A DNA stretch of 64,000 nucleotides, taken from the human T2T-CHM13v2.0 reference genome, Homo sapiens. The position numbers were made by a program, and so were the translations under genes. How positions within the stretch are numbered: the first letter of the stretch is position 1; every line of letters begins with the position of its first letter. Shown one piece after another: positions 1 to 14,887 of this stretch. The DNA is taken from the NCBI RefSeq assembly GCF_009914755.1, contig NC_060925.1. One strand, given 5' to 3'. Under the pieces are notes generated by a model. That model ran no database searches and was not told the origin of the DNA. It saw only the letters and a program-made list of their open reading frames with translations.

Positions 1-526
1 GGGGAGGAGCAGCTATGAACTTTACCTTCCCCCAGGCAATTTCCCACTCATTCCAGCTACACCCAGGTCTGTGCCCACCTGAAGCACCCACCTGAAGTGC
101 TCACTGAGCAAGTGTGAACTTCCCTGGGAGTGCTTTCTAGAGGTACTGGGGAGGGGACCAGGGTCCCTGGAGTGGGGAGGGGGGCTACAGTGATGCTGTG
201 GTCATTCCTTGGGATTTTTAAGGGACGCTAGGATTCTGAACTTTATGATGTAAAATAGAATACTTTGGATCCAGAAATTGTAAGTACATTAAACATGAAC
301 ACTAAATTTCAACAGATTTAAAAATCAATTGCCCATCAATATCCTCCTTACATGCTCCTTTGGTGTCTGCTTTAAGAGCTCCAACCCTTAAAATTAGCCT
401 TTTAACATTTGTCATCTTAAATCCTGGAGAGGATTTTGAACCTCTCCAGCCTCATTCTTTTCTCTTCATTATCTGCTTTCACTGAGCTCAGATGAATGTG
501 ATGTCCTGCCTTGAGATACCTTTTCA

Positions 527-895
<369 letters not shown>

Positions 896-1004
896 TCAAA
901 CATGTTCCCTGGAAATTCCCTCGTCCTGCACCAAGACCCTCATCACTGGAGTCTGGAAGTTCAACCCAAACTCTAGCCTTCAGCTTGCAAGGCCAATTCC
1001 AAGC

Positions 1005-1218
1005 CTTTCTTTTCCTTCTTCATCTCCTTTCTTCTTCCTCTACTTCCTCTTCCTCTTTCTTCTTCGTTCTTCCTCCTCCTCCTTTTTTTTTTCTCTCTTG
1101 GTAGATGGGGATCTTTCTATGTTGCCCAGGCTGGTCTTGAACTCCTTGGCTCAAGCAATGTCCTGCCACAGCCCCTTGAGTAGCTGGGACTCCAGGTGGG
1201 TGCCACCAGGCCTGGCTC
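1005..1218 (-). mobile_element. Alu monomer (FLAM-like, ~1083-1218) with adjacent CTT/CCT-rich simple repeat
   Basis: tatgttgcccaggctggtcttgaactcc...gtagctggga; single arm only. Confidence 0.75.
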
Positions 1219-1425
1219 AAACCTTTCTTCAACTGATCCTAGACACAGCACTCAAGAGCACAGCTCCCTGCAATCCTCTACAACCAAATCGAGTATTGAT
1301 GCCCATCTGCTGGGGTCCCTCGATCGCAATCTCCACTGAGGCGTGATGCAACTTAAGCTGGCAGGAGGTGAAGGATGGGAATAAACTAGCAACATACATT
1401 AAACATAGATGCACAGACTGTACCG

Positions 1426-2590
1426 CAGAAACATACACACCACACACACCACACACACACCACACACACCACACACACACACACACCATACCCATAACAT
1501 AGACATGCACGTGTATACACACCACACAAACATACAGACTACACACACCACACTATGTAAACATACATATACACACACCACACAGACCACACCATGCCCA
1601 TAACATAGACAAACACGTGTATACACACCACACAACATACAGACCACACACACCATACAAACTTACCACACAACAATACACACACACCACACCCACCATA
1701 CCACACATACCATACCACATACACACTCCACACCACAGTACACCACACCAATATAGACACACACCACACCCACTATACCACACATACCATACCACATACA
1801 CACTCCACACCACAGTACACCGCGCCAATATATACACACACCACACCCACCATACCACAAATACATATCACATACACACTCCACACCAAATATATACACA
1901 CGCACATCACAGAAACATACGTATCACATACTCCACACCGCATACAACACACCAACATAGACACACACACCACACCCACCATACCACACATACCATACCA
2001 CATACACACTCCACACCACAGTACACACCAATATATACACACACACCGCAGCCACCATACCACAAATACATATCACATCCACACTCCACACCACACACAC
2101 AAATATATACACACATGTGTCACAGAAACATACATATCACATACTCCACACCACATACAACACACCAACATACACACACACCACACCCACCATACCACAC
2201 ATACCATACCACATACACACTCCACACCACAGTACACCACACCAATATAGACACACACACCACACCCACCATACTACAAATACATATCACATCCACACTC
2301 CACACCACACAAATATATACACACGTCACAGAAACATACATATCACATTCTCCACACCGCATACAACACACCAACATATACACACACACCACACCCACCA
2401 TACCACACATACCATACCACATACACACTCCACACCACAGTACACCACACCAATATATACACACACACCACACACACCATGCCACCAAAAATACATATCA
2501 CATACACACTCCACAGCACACACAACATGCCAGGCAAGCTTACACACCACACACACGTACATGTGAGAGCACAAATCCGCACACAAACAC
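1426..2590. repeat. CA-rich complex minisatellite with ~77-bp subunit and ~208-bp higher-order unit
   Basis: Marker cagtacac recurs at 1736, 1813, 2019, 2230 and 2438; cagaaacatac at 1910, 2123 and 2329. Confidence 0.93.
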
Positions 2591-3314
2591 CTGGGCTCCT
2601 TAGCAGTGTTCCTTTACAAGTGAAGGGGAAAGAGGCCTTTGTTTTCTACCTCATTCGTCGTCATTTGTCTTGAGGAAAGCCTCCGTGTGAAGGCAGGGGA
2701 GGCTGCCCCCAAGCACAGCACAGCTGGGAACGCCTTTGCAAGGGCCCCTTTGTCCTTTCAGTGTTCTTTTCAGTGGTTTAGTGATGACTTCACTGTACGG
2801 TACTTTAAGTATAGGCTCCTTGCTAAGTAAGTCCCTTTGTTAAGAATGGATTTTAAATCCTGAGTAAAATCAATGAAGAAATCAGGGAACAGCGGATGAA
2901 CCAGACAGCGCATATGCTTTACTTCTAAGGAAGACGTTGAAAGATAAGAATGGTGGATTTTTCCTTCCATCAGAACGGATTTTTCACAGAATCCCAGACA
3001 ACAAAGTGAAATGCCATTCAAATGCAGCCATTATCATACCCCGTGGTGGCTTGAGCCACCTGCAAACCCCGTCAGCATGCACCGCTCAAAAGCTTACAAC
3101 GAACAGGGAGCTCTTTCCTCGCTGCTTCCCCGCTGCTTCCACACAGCCGCCACACTTAGGAGCGTGGCCCCAGATGCTGGGGAATAACCGAGGGTAGTCT
3201 GACCCCAGAGCAGCACAGCCCACAGTGGACGCCACATCCACCGCAGCGGTGGGCTCGGCCAAGCTCAACCAATCCCCGCGCGCCCCACTGTGTCAATGGC
3301 GGACCCGCACTCAC

Positions 3315-3512
3315 CCTGCTGCACCGGGGAGTAGGCGTTGGTCAGGAAGCGGAAGTGTCCTTTGTTGTACCAGCAGATCAAGGACATGTTCCCCTTCATC
3401 TTGATTTGGTACTGGCCCCGGGCCGGGGGTGTGGCTGGGTTGGTCAGCATGGACAGTGGGAGGCCGGTGCAGTCACTCTTCCGCGCGCGGAGCAAGCCGC
3501 AGCAGTAAATCC
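3315..3512 (-). CDS. PGBD5: PGBD5 coding exon 5 ([12 protein letters not shown]...[19 protein letters not shown]+G)
   Basis: Acceptor cctccctctcccctcag|GG, donor AGG|gtgagt; 198 nt, phase 1 to 1. Resembles the piggyBac G(T/L)xRxN and WxDxxxVxxLST motifs. The next exon lies left of the window. Confidence 0.96.
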
Positions 3513-5493
3513 CTGAGGGGAGAGGGAGGAAGGATCGCACACTCACCACCATCGGAGATGCCGGCGGCTCCTCCGCCCTGGGCACCCCCAAGGAAAGGAC
3601 GGGACTGCCCGGTTCTGAGGCTGATGCTTGGGAGTCAGACCCTCTAGAGACCCCTCTAGAAGAGACTGCTGAAGTTTTGAGTTCTCGTATCCCTCTGTTG
3701 TCTCTCCCCGTGACAATCTCCCCAGGTCCCTCCCTAAGAACATACAGTATGCTAAGACTGCATGTAGGGCTACAGCACAAGCAATGGATCGGCAGCAGCA
3801 GCAGGAGCTGTCACCTGGACCCTCACTTGGGTGTCCAGCACAGCACTACGCACGTGTACTCATCATCCCATCTACTTCAAGAAACTTCTGCACTCCATAG
3901 GTTATGGCATGCACATTAGAGAAGAACAACTGAGACTCGAGAAGGGCGAAGCCCCCAGACTCACAGCTGGGAGGGCAAAGACAGGCATGAAGCCCAGGAC
4001 TGTCCAGCATCCAAACCTGGCCACGGTTACATCATCCTAATGGTCTCACCAGGACGTGGCTGAACGCGAGCCCAGTGCTGAGCCAGTCCACACTGCACCC
4101 CAGGAAGCTGTCAGACGGAGCCCCCATCTCCTTGGGGAGCTATATTTGATGCGAAGGAAAGAATAATCCAAGAATGTGAACTAAACCAAGTGTCCTTCCA
4201 TGAGTGGGTGGAGAGCTTCCTGAGGGAGAAGGAGCTTGAGCTCGGTCTTTCAGGCCTGGAAGACTGGCATGGGTGGCTGGTGGGCGGTAGAGACCAGTAT
4301 GAACAAACACCCACCGCGGACTTGCTCACTTCCACTCTGGACTCAAGGCCTTTCAGGTCCTTCCACTTCATGGGCCTGCCCCACCCTGCTGGGACAGAAG
4401 GCCACAGGGGCCACAAGCACTCAGCTGCTCCCCAGCAGCCTGGAGGGGACGCAGAGACCCTGGGAGCAGTCTCAGCCTTTACTCTCTGCTCAGCTCCCGG
4501 AGGACCGACAGTGCCATCGGTCACCTGAACACATCCCATATCCCATGCATCTGCTTTCCTCATCCCCGCATCCCACCCTGCACTGGAAGAAGGACAGTTG
4601 AATGAATCTTTTCCTCTTCCGAATTCCTTTCCTTGTGGCAGGTGGGAAGGAAGATGCACCCGGAGGTGCTTTTGAGTCTCGCTGCTGAAAAGAGGAGGGA
4701 GCTGCTGCTCGCAGCTCCATTCCTAGCAACCGCACGTGACCACTCAAGCTACTCTCATCTAGAGATGTAAAAAGGAGAATCTGTTCTTAGAAACAGGGAG
4801 GAGGATGACATGAACCAGGGTAAGGATGTCCAAAATCACCCATCTGGGGCTCAATCTACACCACCAGCCAAAGAGAAGCTGCATGTTCGTAAGAGGGAAA
4901 GAACATTCCAGCAGCACTCAAGTTTCCATGAATCTATCCCTTTATAAACACAGAAATTATTCTAGGAATGTCCTTTCTGGCTTTTGACAATGGTCTGTGT
5001 GGCCCTAGGAGGGACAACCAGACTCTCAGCTCTGATTCTTCTCCTCAACCTTGGCTGCCTGAGAATCCCCCAGGGTGGGGGGGACAGTGGCCCAGACCAA
5101 TGCGATCTGTGTCCTGAGGAGGCACGGTGCAGCCACCAGTGACCCTCCCTGTGGACATGCTGGAGGACACTACCCTCAGTCACGGCAGAGGAGGTACATG
5201 ATGACGCCCTGGGTGAAGAGCTCAGTTTAGATGCTTCTAAAAATAGGCAAGGAGATCTTTTTTATCTCTTACCTAACCTTCTCTTGAAAAAAATCCAAAT
5301 TCCATATATAAATATTTTCTTCCAGCTAGAAGATTCTTTTCCCATCCTCCTAATTCTCTGAGCCAAGAGGCATCCCCTCCTCAGAACCACAGGAGCAGCA
5401 CACTCAGCTCTTTGGGAACCATATCGATGGCCCGGGATAGTCCTCTAGCATCCCCACTCCACCTACCTTATCTCCATGGCATCTACCCCACTC

Positions 5494-6366
5494 GACACAG
5501 ACACACACACACAGGTACACACACAGACACAAACACAGATGCACACACAGACACACACAGGTACACACACAGACACACACAGATACACAGATACAGACAC
5601 ATACACATACATACACAGGTACACATACAGACACACACAGACACACAGACACACAGACTTACAGACACACACAGATATACAGACAGACACAGATACACAT
5701 ACAGACACAGACACACACACAGGTACACACACAGACACAAACACAGACGCACACACAGACACACACAGATACACAGATACACAGACACATACACATACAT
5801 ACACAGGTACACATACAGACACACACAGACTTACACACAGACACACACAGATACACAGATACAGACAGACACACACACACAGACACACACACACAGGTAC
5901 ACACACAGACACACACACAGACACACACACAGACACAGACATACACACACACAGATGCACACACGGACACACACACAGGTACACACACAGACACATACAC
6001 AGACACAAACAGACACACACAGATACAGACACACACAAACATACAGATGCACACGCACACATAGACACAAACAGATGCACATATGGACACACACACACAC
6101 AGACACAGACAGACACACAAACAGATGCACACACAGACACAGCCACACATAGACACACAGAGATGCACACATGGACACACACAGATGCGCACAGACACGC
6201 AGATGCACACACAGGCACAAAGACACACAGACACATACACTGACACAGACATACACATACACACACAGACACACAGATACACACACAGATGCATACACGG
6301 ACATACAGACACAAAGACACAGACACAGACACACACAGACACACAAAGACACAGAGACACACATAC
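5494..6366. repeat. (ACACACAG)n-like CA-rich minisatellite
   Basis: ~870 bp of degenerate CA/CAGA repeats with internal ~170-210 bp duplication (caaacacaga at 5530/5738, gactta at 5656/5828). Confidence 0.93.
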
Positions 6367-7513
6367 ACCCCTTCTACTTTCAGTCCAGGTTGATGGTGTG
6401 AGGCAGGGAACAGGCCCTGGAACACACATAAACATCACACTCGCAGTACCCGCGCTCGGCCTTGTACGAGTGGGCAGGAGAGATGGCAGTCCCGGTTCTC
6501 ACCCTGTGCTCGAACAGAGAACCCCCCATTCTTCCAAAGCAGCTGGGTACTGTGCTTCAGGGCCAATTTTCTCTTGCTTTACTTTCACAGCCCCACTTCA
6601 TGTCGTCGAATCTCTCTACCCTTGATTCTTCCAACAAATAACTATTAAGCCCTGGGCTTTGAAGATGAGTAAGATGCAGCTGAGGCCAGCAAAAAGTGAA
6701 GTCCAGGGCTGCGGCCTCACTGCAGCTGCCAGGGCTCCAGGATGTCAGCTGTCTACACCTCGTTACTTAAGAGGGTCTAGTTTTAAGGCCAGATGTCTGA
6801 CTGCTGCTGAGCAAACGGTCTGCAATTCTAGTCTAGTGGCTGCTGCAGGGGAGCAGGCACTTTTTGTGCTGCTTCTGAGTGGACCAGATCTAAATCCCCA
6901 AAGCCAGGACAAAGCAAAGGCCAGGGCAGCTTGCCACAGGGCTCCCTGAACTGGTCCAGATCTTCTTTTTCTATAGCCCCTATTTCTTCCAAAGCCATAG
7001 AAGGCTTGCCCAGTCTTTGCCATGCATGCACCAAACACCTGAGCACCCGGAGTACCTAAGGCTTTTCTGAGGCTCATTGTACTGTTGTTCCCTGTCTTCA
7101 CACAATTCTTGCCTGTCTCCTGGGAAGGGGCCACATTATAGATGATGGGTGAGTTCCAGAGACTTCCTAGAGCCTTACTAGAAGCTGTGTCCAGGGGACG
7201 CAGGCTTTTCATGGCTACAGATTTCCAACAGGGGACACACAAAGAAATGCCCCGAAGGCCAGGCAGAGCTTTGCGCCGACATGTCCTCTAGACCTTGAGC
7301 CCGTGGCTCACACACCTTGCAATCTCTAGTGCCCAGCGGGATCCAGCACACAGGGTGGCTGAGACGCATCTGTTCCCTCAAGGAAGGGCCTCATCACCTG
7401 GCATCCTGTGGTTTGTGGTGGCCACCACGTATCTGCACCCCCACCTGGACCTCTCCCACCACTTTCCCAGGGGAGGCTGGGCCGTATCCTCACTGGCTCC
7501 CCACTTGACTAAC

Positions 7514-7694
7514 CTTGCTTCTCAAACTCTTCAAACAGCGTCAGGCTGGTGATGCTGGGCCCCGTGAAAATGATGTAGTTCTTGCCTGCCGCGTTCCGGC
7601 ACAGGCTCCTGGCCACCATGCTGTGGAGCTGGGGCTTATTCTTCAGCGCATCCAGGCCATCTGGGCCCCCACCTTCCTTCAGGTGGACATAAAT
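7514..7694 (-). CDS. PGBD5: PGBD5 coding exon 4 (IYVHLKEGG...[18 protein letters not shown]+G)
   Basis: Acceptor tgtgtttctgttaaag|ATT, donor AAG|gttagt; 181 nt, phase 0 to 1. Confidence 0.96.
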
Positions 7695-8590
7695 CTTTAA
7701 CAGAAACACACAGAGGTTAGCGTGCTCACAGCAGTGTCAGGCTGGGAGCCCGAGTATTCAGCCAGCACAGATCTCATGGGTCTCAGTCATCCAGTTGGGA
7801 GCCCATGGAAAAGCCCCCATCATCTTTTCAGCTCACAGGGACTCTAGGTCACCCCCAAGCACACCCCGTGGCCTTGGCGATTGGTGACTCAGCCCCAGAT
7901 GCTTCAGTTTGGAAAGGTCAAGGCAGAGGAGGAAAGGAACAAGCAGCCATGGGTAATGGGATGGTGCAAATACATTCCCCGGCTTTCAAACACAGGAATG
8001 ATTTAAATTCACTATAAATAAAATTAAAGGCAACCTCACCTGTTAGGAATACACATTATCTGTGTACTTTCCATTTGAATACAGCTTCTTAATTTACAAG
8101 GTATGTTCATAATGACTGTTTAATTTGTTCTTTATAGTAACCCCCATCAGGCAGGCAGAAGAGGTATGATTCCCCTCACGGTGCAGAGGAGACAGGACTG
8201 AGGGCTAAACATTTGCCCAAGAGTCCAGGGCCAACAAAGAGGATGTGTGGGGACTCAGTCAGCAATTTTTAAACGTCGTTTCATGCTGCTTCCATGAACA
8301 TCACCAAAGGGGTAGAGGCAGGAAAGTTAATGGATTGAAGAAGAGCATGTTCAAAAAAATCAACTGCCTCCAGTACAGGTGCAAGAAATGTGACTTAGCG
8401 AAAATATCTTAAACAAACAAAACACAACACAAAATGTGGTGTTGGACGACGGTAAGTCACTGCAAACCAGAACTGCTAGAGAAGTTCATAGATCTGAGCC
8501 TGCCACAGATTATTTCTACATTAACACATGCAGCTCGCATGTTGCCTGTGGTTTCTATGCAGACATCTACACTCAAATTTTTAAATGCTG

Positions 8591-9524
<934 letters not shown>

Positions 9525-9830
9525 CCAGGCACTTCTATGCATCTGAAGAACTGCAACATGATAGCTGAGAAATGGAGTGCTTCCCCACTTTATTTAATGC
9601 TTCCCCACCTTTTTTAAACCAGCGGAGTGAAGATGACGTCAGTTTTATTCCCTGGGAAACAGACTGATTCAATGTACTTTCCTGAAGACCAACAGTGAAC
9701 AACACCTTCCCCGTCCAAACACTCAGTGTCAGTGAGGATGTAGGGAAATGAGCACTGTGCTGATTTGGTATAAATACGCATAAACTTTCCGGAGGGAAAT
9801 TTTGCCCATGAATCAAAGACCTTAAAGTAT

Positions 9831-10542
9831 GGCTGTTACGGCAAACAGTATGGAAGTTCCTCAAAAAAATTAAAAATAGAACAACCATAGGATCCAGTAA
9901 TCTTACTTCTGAGTACACACCCAAAGGAACTGAAATCAGGATCTCTAAGAGATACCTGCACTCCCACGTTCACTGCTGCATTATTCACAATCGCCAAGAT
10001 ATGGAAACACAAGTGTCCATCAGTGGATAAGTGGATAAAGGAAATGTGGCATATACACAAGATGAAATACTATTCAGCCTTTAAAAAGGAGGAAGTCTTG
10101 CCATCTGCAACAACATGGACCTGGAGGACATTAAGCGAAGTGAAATAAGCCGAGCACAGGAAGAGAAACACTGTATGATCCCACTTGCATGTGAACTTCA
10201 AGTTGAACTAATAGGAGAGAGTGGAATGGTGGTTACGGGGCTGGGGGATGGAAGTGGGAGTGGGGAGGTATTGGTCAAAGAATTCAAAATCTGTTAGATA
10301 GGAGGAATAAGTTCAAGAGATCTATGGTACCACATGGTGACTAAAGTTAATAACAATATATTCTTGGAAATTGCCAAGACGGTCGATTTTAAGTGTTCTC
10401 ACCACAAAAAATGATAACTATGTGATGTAATGCATATGTCAGTTGGCTCGATTTGGCCATTTCAGTGTCTACATATTTCAAAATATGTTGTACACAATAA
10501 AAATATACTATTTTTATTTGTCAATTAAAAAATAAATTTTGT
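9831..10542 (+). mobile_element. L1 3' end (L1MA-type), nested in an older L1M fragment (~9730-9830 and ~10543-11020)
   Basis: aaacagtatggaagttcctcaaaaa..., tactattcagcc, gttctcaccacaaaaaa, A-rich end; degenerate TSD aaagaccttaaagtat / aaaaaccttaaaaatat. Confidence 0.8.
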
Positions 10543-13219
10543 AAAAACCTTAAAAATATTCATGCTATTTTACTCATGAGTTTCACTTTTAGGAATTCAA
10601 TCCAAGGTAACAATCAGAAATGTGTTAAAAGGATTTATATATAAAATACCATGTCCATTTCAGGGTTTTTTATAATGGTAAAAAAATTAACAATGACCTA
10701 ACTACCTTACATGAAGAGCAGACTGGTTAAAATTATATATGTAGGTATAATGGAATGTGATATACTTTAAAAAATCATCATGTAGAAAAAGTGTTTAATA
10801 ACATAGAAAATGTTCACAATATCCTTGTAAGTAGCCAGATTATAAAACAGTGCAAGTGTGTGTATATGTGTGTGTTTATAAATATATGTTGACTATACAC
10901 TCAAGCGGCTATTTCTGTATAAAAAGTATTTATCAGAATGACAGATATGCTGGGCTTTTAATGTTTTTGATGCTAAATATGTAATACAACTTAATCAGAA
11001 AACAACCCACTAAAAATAATTATAAAATAACTTCCTTATCAGGATTACCCAAGCATAAGACTATTTGGAATTTGCAGTATCTTTGGGTCTGAGTGAACGG
11101 TTATTCATCATCTCCATGCCTGGAGATGACGATGACTCTGAGAATCAGGGTAGCCTCTTGCTGTCTTGGAATTAACACATTTTCCCAAAAGCCAGTGATG
11201 TGCAGCTGAGATTTTACAATCCCTGGGTAGAATACGGAAGGCAGTCCTGCCGCAGGACTGCCTTGAAATTACTCAGCCTCGTGTCCACACATGCACCTCT
11301 GAAAACTGCCATTTTTCCAGACTCCAGCCAGTCTCTTCTGAAGAAGTGGACGCTCAACTGGGATGTCACAGGAGAAGGGGACAGGCACTGAGCCAAAGGC
11401 ACTGAGCCAGAGGAGACAGGCACTGAGCCGAAGGTCAAAGATTTCTTATTAGGAAATCTGGAAGAAGGATGCAGCCAAGAAGTGGCACCAATGAGAGTCC
11501 AAAGAGAGTCCCAAATGTGTGGCACTCATTGCTATAAAATAATGAGTTTCTAAAAGTGAATATAAAATAGGACCTTCATTTAAATAAATACAAAAAAGAG
11601 GTAACCTTGAAAGTCTCAGTTGAGGGCATGATTTAGGAAAAACTGTTGGCAAGGCAGTCAAAATCTGGCCAGGAAAAGGCCCAGTCTAAGAGGTACTGCT
11701 TGGTCTGATGGCCAGGCAGGTCTGGTACCTGACTGGTCCTGGTTTGCTTTGACAGAATAACGTCAGTGGTCAAAGGTAGTAACTTGTTTCCCTTAGCTGG
11801 ATGAGCAACCTCCAGTGAAGTCTTATCCTATCCATGCTCTGTTGCTACAAATGCTTAAGCTATACAAGCTATGCTAATGATCTCGTCCAGGTTTAAAAGA
11901 CAATCCTAAGGAATCCTGCCAGTAATCTGAGAAACAGCAGAATCACTGGGAACCCACACATGTATTCAGACACTGGGTTGGGTACTTTCTACAAGAGCTC
12001 CCCAGACACGACACGGAAGGAAATACCATTCACTTAGATGTGTGACTACTTCCTGGTCTGCTTTTCAAAAAGTCAGATATCTCCCTAGACATATCTAGAG
12101 AAAGCACTATCATACTAATATGGTTCCACCAACGTGTGTAGACATAGGTGACTTCCTATCACTGGGCAAAATGCAGCCAGTTATAGACACTTCTGAGCTA
12201 CAAGACTGCTTGACAAGTATCTCTAGAGCAGGAAAATGTACCATTTGGTGGTTGCCAAGCTTTTCACTTTTCCTAAAAAGTTTTTTTGCTCCTATGATTT
12301 TTAAATATATATATATTTAAGAAAGTAGGCATGCAAGTTTATTACTATATGGCATTATACTTTGCCCCAGGGTATTATTCCTAATGTTGCATATTTTATA
12401 CTGACATTACAACAAAAAGGATCTTAGGAATTATGGATTATAGCAGTTAATACCCTGGGGGACACATACAGCACATGGGATTTATCTTAGCTCTCCTGAA
12501 ATGCCCCCACGACCTCCAGAGACAGGATCTAGTTCATCTTTTCCCTCAACTTCTCAAAAGAACAGTAAGGCTAGTGGCAGTAGCTGCTGACTCACCAGCT
12601 GATAGTTCCACTAAGCTGTTGCTGGGATCTGGGCACCCTCCTGCCTCTCTAACACAAAGAACTGGAGAAAGCCCAGTTCAGCTATACTGGTCTTGACCAA
12701 TGAATGACCCTACTTCTTTTTCAGCACAGAAGAGAATCAATTTTCTCAGTGAAGAGCATATTTGGGGGAAGGGTATCACATCGTAGGGACTGGTGATCCT
12801 TTGCTTGAGTCTTATCTCTAGTGTGCAAGGAGCTATGAAGGTGAAAGTAATTCAGCTGTGGAAACAGCACAGCAGTGCACGATCTGCACTCACTGAAGAC
12901 GCAGAATGAGATCACGGGGTGTGTGCGGCTGTCACCTGGGACATCTGCATGGGACAGCCACTTGAGAGAGTTGTGAATTGTAAATGACAGTCACTTGTCA
13001 TGAGAGGAACTGAGGCAGGGAGGGTGAGTGCCAGGATACATGGGCACGGGCTCTGTCATTCACTGGCTTGTGGGTTTGGGGGCAAGTTACTTAATTGCTC
13101 TGAGCCTTGCTTTCCTTATCTGTAAGGATAACGTTGCCATATGCACCTTGCAAGGCCCTTGTCTTTAAGTGAAAATTGTGCACATAGAAGTGATTTTTTA
13201 ATATAGCAAAGCTCTGTAA

Positions 13220-13421
13220 CTGTGCTCCCAATGTGGTTGCCTTCAGCCACATATGGCTGTTTTCATTTACATTTAAATTAACTAAAATGAAAAATTCAGG
13301 CCCGCAGCCACACTGGTCACAATGCAAATAGTCAACAGTCACATGAGGCTAGGAACTGCCATCATGGAGAGCAGATATGAAACATTTCCATCATTGCAGA
13401 GAGTCCTGCTGGACAGTGCTG
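13220..13421 (-). mobile_element. MER3-like hAT-Charlie MITE (MIR fragment just upstream, ~13060-13200)
   Basis: agccacatatggct palindrome, AT-rich core, aacatttccatcattgcaga...tggacagtgctg terminus. Confidence 0.75.
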
Positions 13422-14409
13422 CTTGTGTCATCTTTGTGTATTAGCTGGGGCTTCTAGCAAAGTCTCTAAGCCATCACCATACTGATGACTTTCATCTCTC
13501 ATTGCCCAGTTTCTCTCTCAGGCCTCTCACCATGACCATGCCCAGGAAGAGCTCATGTGCTGAGTCTGTTCTTGGTCCTTCTCCTCTCTGGCTGCACCTT
13601 CAGCACCGCTGACCCCTGTGGGAGCCTTGCCTTCATCTCATCCCAAAGCTCAAAGCCTGAGGTGGTTCTTTCAAAATGACAGGTTGGAGGAGGGACATGT
13701 ATCAGCATGTGGGCTCTCTGTACACACTCATGTCTGTGCAGTTGAAGAGTCGAAGTTCTTTAGGGAGAGGGTTGAATCTGATCCACACAGTAGCTGGTGC
13801 ACTTACCTGGGCACTTAATAAATACTTTATTGTCATCTTTGAAGTCCTATACGGTAAAGAGGTGTGGGTGGATTAACTTCATTCAAAAGTGGAGAAAGAA
13901 GGTAGTTCTCAGCTACTTGCTCAAGGACACAAAGAGGTCCACGGTTATGTCTTCTGCCTCAGCCAATCCCATCCTCAACTTACTGTGTCCAACCTGGACA
14001 GGATCTCATGCCAGCATCCTCCTCACTGCACGATTAAACAGCTGGACACATGTCCTGCCCTGCCCAGCTTCTGAATCCACAAGCAAAATTCACTCCAGCC
14101 AATTAATTCCATAGTGGTCCTCACTTTTAGAGCCAATTCAATTAGTTATAGGTCAAGAGCAAAATATTTCACTTAGTATGTAAAAAGACTGAGTCAAATA
14201 AGGAAAAAAACACTTTAGTGCACCTTCTTTAAATTCTTTCAACATAAATAGTATGTCTCAAAATAAGGGAAATTAGTGACGTGGATGCTAGACCACTGTC
14301 CTACCAACAATCAAGCTGGATAAAAGATACTTGGCTTTTTGTCTAAATCGGGAAAAGTTCTCTCCTTGGAGGAGTCAACATAGCCTAGTGGTTAAGAAGG
14401 TGGGATCCA

Positions 14410-14887
<478 letters not shown>

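Noticed and set aside
3221-3292. Inverted RSS heptamers cacagtg/cactgtg around the hairpin ccaccgc-a-gcggtgg near the exon-5 donor
   Set aside because: No nonamer at 12 or 23 bp spacing, and the stems are too short to support a claim.
1229-6625. Long His/Thr- and Cys/Val-rich ORFs (up to 328 aa)
   Set aside because: Artefacts of CA/TG repeats, which lack stop codons in most frames.
13599-13620. REST/RE1-like ttcagcacc
   Set aside because: Left half-site only; the GGACAG half is absent.
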